A stretch of 64,000 nucleotides of DNA, taken from contig JAQGDQ010000159.1 in NCBI GenBank assembly GCA_030141605.1, positions 310,001 through 374,000 of the forward strand. Direction: 5' to 3'. Source of the DNA: Tubiluchus corallicola. Lineage: Eukaryota > Animalia > Priapulida. Below are positions 45,830 to 64,000 of this stretch, piece after piece (the stretch's first letter is position 1; every line of letters starts with the position of its first letter). Below the pieces are notes generated by a model, which worked only from the letters and a program-made list of their open reading frames with translations, searched no databases and was not told the origin of the DNA. Made by a program: the position numbers and the translations under genes.

Positions 45830-45974
45830 TGATTCGAAATTCATTCAAAAATATTTAATACTGAATTCGTATTCGATTCGAATTCGATTTTTTAAATTCG
45901 ACGCGATACGAAATCGAAAAACAGAAATTCGGTTCGTTTCAAATTCTGTTTCTGGTAGTGTTTGATCAGCCCTA
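45830..45974 (-). mobile_element. Probable hAT-like transposon end fragment
   Basis: The minus strand begins tagggctgatc, followed by clustered ATTCG/CGAAT subterminal repeats. A second end was not found. Confidence 0.35.
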
Positions 45975-46854
45975 GTCGGGGTTGGAAGACGCTGAGAATG
46001 TAAAATTTGAAGTTTGACCGCATCAATCTGGTCTTGATGTTCGTCAGTGGCGGTCGTCATTCTTCAAGTGAACCGTCAATATTAATGCGCGCCGGTTACT
46101 CAGCTGAAAGAACTCATTTGTGACATGGTCTAAACGTTGCCCTGTCACTAAAGAATAAGAATTATTAACTAGAAGCGACTGCATATATTTTGTGCATGAA
46201 TGTAGAAATTACTGTGAATGACCTGCAACAGAAGAATTTATGGTGTTTTGACAACCTACTCTTTCTGCATTGTTTAGAAATGAAAATTTGTCCAGTAGAC
46301 GAATATACTAGGTGTTATACGAATATCTCAAAGATTCATTTGCGCTTCTGCTGTTAATTCCTAATAACAACTTCTTATTACATGAAGAGAGGTTAGAGAA
46401 CATCCATTTGGCAAATCTGCAAAGTAACAGTCAGTGGAAACGTATCTCGTGGACAGAGTTCATTGTATGTCATTCTTTTGAAGCACCGTGTAGTCTAGGC
46501 ATTAGTATTTACATTCACTTCATTGTTTTATTTTGCTTCTAAAGGAAAAACAAGCCGTGTCTTGATTATCAATGATCAAATTTTTTCATTACACTGAAAC
46601 AATTCTCTACATTGTTTAGTAATTTTACAAAAGAAACTTTATGGTACCAATTTGACATTATCAGAAGTCATGAACGTGCAGCTCTCGCTATTTTTTTTAA
46701 TTTACAACAGTTTTTATTCCACATTTTCATTTAAAAATAGCTGCACTAGTACAAAATTGTAATATGCCAAAGAAAGGAGATGCAGCGGCCTTTTTAAGAT
46801 TAGCTTGTTATCTTGAGGTATTAATTTAAGGTATAAGATGTTTTTGGGAAAATT

Positions 46855-51763
<4,909 letters not shown>

Positions 51764-51967
51764 TCTTACTCTGCCAGCACACTCTTTTAATCTGCAATTA
51801 GGTTTAAATGGTTTTAATATGACGCAGGCCTCCTATCTTTGTTTGCATATGGTATAGTATCTACAAAGGGTACACAGGAAATATTACCAGCTATCGCAGA
51901 TGACATTTAAGCATCTAAATGCTGTTATCAGAAAGCGACTGCTTGTCCTGTGTTGTGCCGAACAGAA

Positions 51968-52023
51968 ACAGGAACAGGAACAGGAACAGGAACAGGAACA
52001 GGAACAGGAACAGGAACAGGAAC
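51968..52023. repeat. (CAGGAA)n hexanucleotide repeat, present only in duplication unit 1
   Basis: About 9 units, absent at the paralogous site near 58535. Confidence 0.9.
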
Positions 52024-53101
52024 ATTAGGGTTATTTATACAACACAACCTAGGCTTATGAACCGTTGAACGAAAACTTAAAATACATATTATATAGTTTG
52101 TTTATTCACAATAATCATTCTAGAAATTTTTCGTACTTTGAATGCATAATGTAGAGTTGCATATTAGCACTCAACACGTTAGTTTACCAAATCAAGAATT
52201 CAAATTTATCAAGAAGAAAGCAGTGTAAATGCCATATGCACGTTTTTATTTAAATAATGCCATAAACTTAAACCTCACCAATAATTATTTCTTTTTAGAT
52301 TTGTTCTCGTGGCAATCGTAAAGCTGGCTGGGGACACAGATTTCTGTTTGACACACATCACACCATGATGCACCTGCGGCTGATTAGTGATGCAGGGATC
52401 AGGTATAGCGAAGTCACCGGAAGTTATCAGCCAGTGTTGTTTTTAGCCAGTCCGCCAGGCTGTTATGTCTTCATACGCTTAATCCGTAATCTACCACTGG
52501 GTTAAAGGTCGCGTTCAATCTGAGTTCTCCTCTTTGACTTTGCGGTAAAAGGTGGGCCTTCCAGGACTGGAGACTCCTAAGATCATTGGCGAGGCTCTCA
52601 AAGCCATTGGACCACCATAGCGACAAGCGACAAGGAATATTGATAATCATTGGCAGACGAGGAAGATAGACCAGGGAGATAAAAACATAAAACAGTTCTA
52701 GCATTTATTTCTGTGTCATTGAATGATTCACTATGCATGTAACATATTCAGTGGCTCATTTGTCAATGAACAAAAATAATAAAACAACTTCACATCAGTG
52801 GCATGATTTTCAACTTTATTTAATAATTTTACAAAAAAATGGCTAGTACCAATTATTTGACATTGTTGGAAATTGTCTGATCACATTATCGTGCAGCTCT
52901 CATTCTTTTTTAAATCTTAACTGCATTTTCTGCCAATTTAAGCTGCGCATAGAGTTTAGAACATTTAGAACATAGTAGAGCTGCATTAATGCGACCGTAT
53001 ATAATGATTGTAAGAAACTAAAGAAAGGAATTGCAGCTGCTTTCCAAGACTAATTTGATATCTTGAGGTATTTTGAAGGCAAAGGATACTTTGTCGAAAT
53101 T

Positions 53102-53392
53102 TTACAAAGATGCTTCAAATTTTGTTTGTGGGTTGTTTATGCCATTTATATCAAGTGAAAGTTTTCCAGCAATTCTACTATATAGTAAACTCAGTGCACG
53201 AGCCACGGGGTCCAACATGCACCTCACACTAGCATTCACGAGAATTGACATTAAGCGAATGTAAGTCAGGAAAATCTTCAGAGTTGGTTGGACAATCCAG
53301 ACATGAAAAAAGGTCACTATTCCAAGCGATAAACCCCAGATGAATGCTAGAAGCCATCCCAGTAGAACGTGTAAAATCCGGTATGTGATGAG
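53102..53392 (-). pseudogene. Orphan caveolin terminal exon (B-type), intact ORF with acceptor; a duplication remnant or an alternative last exon
   Basis: Near-identical to 59621-59911, with acceptor ctcacag, 96 codons and TAA. Its own upstream exons are cut off by the duplication junction at about 53650. Confidence 0.75.
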
Positions 53393-54493
53393 CTGTGAGA
53401 AAATAGTGAAATGAGTATAAAATACCAATGACTGTCGATCTTTCGGTCGGTCTATTATCTATCCATCTGTCTATCTGTCTGTCTGTCTATCTATCTAGCG
53501 ATCTATCTCTCTTAGCAAACAAAAAGTAAAATGGAAAATAATATGTAATGATATAATATTGTAAATGTTGTCTAAGTGCGTCATCCGTTTTTTAGTTTTT
53601 ATGTAACTATGAACTAAATTTGAAATGAATAGGTAAGTCACAATCAACTGTCACTAAATCCCTGTCACTAAAGAATAAGAATTATTAACTAGAAGCGACT
53701 GCATATATTTTGTGCATGAATGTAAAAATTACTGTGAATGACCTGCAACAGAAAAATTTATGGTGTTTTGACAACCTACTCTTTCTGCATTGTTTAGAAA
53801 TGAAAATTTGTCCAGTAGACGAATATACTAGGTGTTATCCAAATATCTCAAAGATGTATTTGCGCTTCTGCTGTTAATTCCTAATAATAACTTCTTATTA
53901 CATGAAGAGAGGTTAGAGAACATCCATTTGGCAAATCTGCAAAGTAACAGTCAGTGGAAACGTATCTTGTGGACAGAGTTCAGCGCATTGTATATCATTC
54001 TTTTGAAGCACCGTGTAGACTAGGCATTAGTATTTATATTCATTTAACAAAAGTGCAGAGTAAATGTCAGCGGAATCTGATCATCCGGACAGAGTTCAGC
54101 GTTTTGGATGCCATTCTTTTGAAGCACCGTGTGGACTAGGTATTAGTATTTATATTCACTTCATTGTTTTATTTTGCTTCTAAAGAAAAAAGAAGCCGTG
54201 TCTTGATTATCAATGACCAAAAAAATCATTACACTGAAACAATTCTCTACATTATTTAGTAATTTTACAAAAGAAACTTTGAGGTACCAATTTGACATTA
54301 TCAGAAGTCATAAACGTGCAGCTCTCGCTGTTTTTTTAATTTACAACAGTTTTTATTCCACATTTTCATTTAAAAATAGCTGCACTAGTACAAAATTGTA
54401 ATATGCCAAAGAAAGGAGATGCAGCGGCCTTTTTAAGATTAGCTTGTTATCTTGAGGTATTAATTTAAGGTATAAGATGTTTTTGGGAAAATT

Positions 54494-58338
<3,845 letters not shown>

Positions 58339-59620
58339 GCTTACTCTGCCAGCACACTCTTTTGATCTGGAAAGGTTTAATATGACGCAGGCCTCCTTGT
58401 TTGCATATCGTTGTTTGCATATGGTATAGTATCTACAAAGGGTACACAGAAAATATTACCAGCTACAGCAGATGACATTTAAGCATTTAAATGTTGTTAT
58501 CAGAAAGCGATTGCTTGTCCTGTGTTTTGCCGAACAGAAACATTAGGGTTATTTATACATCAGAGCCTAGGCTTATGAACCGTTGAACAAAAACTTAAAA
58601 TACATATTATATCATTTGTTTATTCACAATAATAATTCTAGAAATTTTTCGTACTTTGAATGTATAATATGGAGTTGCATATTAGCACTCAAGACATTAG
58701 TTTACCAAACCAAGAATTCAAATTTATCAAGAAGAAAAAAGCAGTGTAAATGCCATATGCACGTTTTTATTTAAATTATGCCATAAACTTAAACCTCACC
58801 AATAATTATTTCTTTTTAGATTTGTTCTCGTGGCAATCGTAAACCTGGCTGGGGACACAGATTTCTGTTTGACACACATCACACCATGATGCACCTGCGG
58901 CTGATTAGTGATGCAGGGATCACGTATAGCGAAGTCACAGGAAGTTACCAACCAGTGGTGTTTTTAGCCAGTTCGCCAGGCTGTTATGTTTTCATGCACT
59001 TAATCCGTAGTCTACCACTGGGTTAAAGGTGAAAGGTTCAATCTGAGTTCTCCTCTTTGACTTTGCCGTAAAAGGCGGCCTTTCCAGGACTGGAGACTCC
59101 TAACACCATTGGCGAGGCTCTCAAAGCCATTGGACCACCATAGCATCAAGCGACAAGGAATATTAATAATCATTGGCAGATGAGGAAGATAGACCAGGGA
59201 GATAAGAACATAAAACAGTTCTAGCATTTATTTCCGTGTCATTGAATGATTCACTATGCATGTAACATATTCAGTGGCTCATTTGTCAATGACCAAAAAT
59301 AATAAAACAACTTCACATCAGTGGCATGATTTTCAACTTTATTTAATAATTTTACAAAAAAATGGCTAGTACCAATTATTTGACATTGTTGTAAATTGTC
59401 TGATCACATTATCGTGGAGCTCTCATTCTTTTTTAAATCTTGACTGCATTTTCTGCCAATTTAAGCTGCGCATAGAGTTAGATTTAGAACATAGTAGAGC
59501 TGCATTAATGCGACCGTATATAATGATTGTAAGAAACTAAAGAAAGGAATTGCAGCTGCTTTCTAAGACTAATTTGTTATCTTGAGGTATTTTGAAGGCA
59601 TAGGATAGTTTGTCGAAATT

Positions 59621-61726
<2,106 letters not shown>

Positions 61727-62121
61727 CTGTATAAACAACTGCATATATTATATTTATGTTATTTCAACTGACTTATAGAAACACTGAGACAAGTTAGCAA
61801 AAGATAAAACTGTGTCAAAAACCTTTTGGCCATAGGCCTAATTAGAACTAAATAATCTTAAATAAGTGGGTATCTGGTGAGTTAGCAAAATATCTGGGTA
61901 GCAGTTCTTCAGTACATGTGGCACTAAGGAAGGACTACCCTAAATGAAACTGTGTAGCTATTTGTTATCTTGTTACCGTCACTAGCTGGCACCACGTGCG
62001 TAGATGATGGCTCTCCCATTCCCAAACAAGCAGGCAACTCAGTACACTTATGTCTGAGACAATATATCACAAAGACAATATGTCTTTTTTACAGGCAGAT
62101 GGTGAAAACAACAAGGTCTAT

Positions 62122-62190
62122 AAGATACGATGCGACGCGACGCGACACGACACGATACAATGTGATATGATACGATATAACATGATATGA
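62122..62190. repeat. Degenerate pentanucleotide repeat (CGACG/CGATA/TGATA)
   Basis: Visible directly. Confidence 0.7.
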
Positions 62191-64000
62191 GATCACAACG
62201 ATGATGATGACGTGCTACAATGTCACTGAACAGCAGCTGCATCAACCAACCAAAGGAGTGACTGCAGTTGGAAGAACTTCAATGTTTTTTGAACACTAAA
62301 TTTTTGCGCTGTGATATATCTTGTGCCACACAACATGTTATCGCAAAAAGGCAATTAACCGTTAGGGTAGCTATGTGTAACGAGTGAAGTTAAGCCCGCT
62401 ATATCTGGCGATAAATCTGATAATGGTTGCTTGAAGTTCCATAGTATCATAATTAACATTGCTCTTACATAGATATCTTTTACAAGCGATGAAAACATCA
62501 TACTTAGTTAACAAAACTTATTGTTTATTATAATTAAATTTATAATTTAAATTATTATTTATTCAGAGAAACATAAGGCCAAAGCAACTTATTTTTACTG
62601 CAATATAAGCCATGCAGGTGTAATATAACACTGAACTTTGCACTAAGGCGTCGCAAACAGCGTTTGTGTTAGCTATATCAAATCATGGGTCAAAGATAAG
62701 AAGACAAATACATCAAATTCGCATTGTCAGTGAAGAACTTTGTTATAGAGCTGCAACTTAGTTGCATGATAGTTATTAAATGATAATCAACACATAAACA
62801 GTTGTCAACATTTTTTTTTCTATAAAAATGATTTTCTTTAGTTTTGCTCCAGGCGAATGCAAGTTCCATGTGGTCTTAAAGCTGAGTGAGTAGCGCACTA
62901 CTGAGCTGAGTTAGACCCGCGTTTTTAATGACAGTTCAAGATAACGAGTTTGAGTCTATATTAGAAAAAACATAGATCACAAGGCGGATTAGCTGTAGCT
63001 TTTTGGTAAGAGTGCCGTACGTCCGGTTTGTGAAATTGCGATGGAATGTGGAAATAACAGGGTATATTTAGGCCCACAAAGACATGTAATTTTTGCAGGT
63101 GTACCAAAATCAGGCGTACAGATGAGCAATTTTAAATTTGAGCAACTAGCGCTATGGAGCTTGAAGAGGTTGCATTTATTTGTGCGCTATTAATTCACTA
63201 AAAGACAACTAGACACCAGGAAATATTGGGCTGACTCAATAACTGATCAGCGATTACTGAAAACGTAATTTTCTAAGCTCCATAACAACATGTGCTCGTC
63301 TGACGTTTTGCTGCTTATTGTTTGGCTGCACGTTATCTATCTCGATTTCAAGTGGAAATAATACTCAGAGAAATAACTCTTATCATTGGGCTTCTCCTAT
63401 ACAGTATGCTCTATATAAGCTTAAGTGGGGTTGTTGTCGCTCCTAAGGAGTAGGTCCGATCACCCTCATTAAAAAAATTAAAAATTTACATGTTTAGCGA
63501 TACCAGTTCGTATGAAAAGGTTAAATTATTTAGTCTTGCGAATTTTATACCATTTAAAATTTGTATATTTCCTGGACACGACGTGACCCTTCTGTCTAAG
63601 GTAAATACGGCTGGCACACTGGGCACTGGAGTACAGGAGCTTGAATGACCGAGTTTGAGTATAATTGTAAGCGGTGTCTATCATTGTGAAATAGGAAAAA
63701 TAATAGTAATAATAGGCGTTAGTAGAAAAAAATCAGCAATAGGCAGCGGAAAAGTGTTGATGATTTTGGGACACAGTTGCATGCGCTGTTCGTTTTCAAA
63801 ATCCCATATTTTGGTCTCCAGTTTCTGTGTTTTTCATTGAATGTCTTAAAAGATGGTAGATAATAATAGCAGGCACAATAATGATGATTTATCTTCGCGG
63901 ATTTGTATTTTTCTCTCTTTTGTATGTTTAATGGTGCCTCTTCATATTGCACCACTAAACTATTGTGTTAGAAGCATAATTAAAATTTTATGTTTGCGCG

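Noticed and set aside
45596-46060. Short ATG-initiated segments (MGHQRQLARR...|gtaagt on +; MTTATDEHQDQ... on -)
   Set aside because: No partner exons were found, and the minus-strand ORF runs into transposon-like repeats.
63719-63955. Candidate first exon of caveolin B
   Set aside because: It has no similarity to exon 1 of the A copies and no convincing phase-0 donor.

Overview
This is AT-rich, intron-containing animal (invertebrate) genomic DNA, with no prokaryotic features. From left to right it holds: (1) the last two coding exons of a two-pore-domain (K2P/TWiK-type) K+ channel on +, with a very long M2-M3 loop; (2) a 3-exon, about 739-aa divergent PIG-B/ALG9-family (GT22) mannosyltransferase on -, with an unusual TPR-like C-terminal extension; (3) a complete 24-exon receptor guanylyl cyclase (NPR/speract-receptor type) on +, with a GC-AG intron and an exon that begins with a perfect AG|GTAAGT recursive-splice motif; (4) a tandem array of atypical caveolin genes on - (46.8-61.7 kb) that the ORF track shows only as fragments. 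The array has two complete 4-exon genes, one 5'-incomplete gene and one orphan terminal exon, built by an older duplication plus a recent ~7-kb tandem duplication with a templated-insertion junction. These caveolins align without gaps to CAV1 but replace the pin-motif and pocket residues (R54->E, H79->K, W85->V), P110 and the palmitoylated Cys positions. Also present are a 5'-truncated LINE inside a (CT)n tract, a decayed Tc1/mariner element, MITE-like inverted repeats and many microsatellites. All exon structures and alignments were done by eye, against reference sequences recalled from memory; no database search was run.
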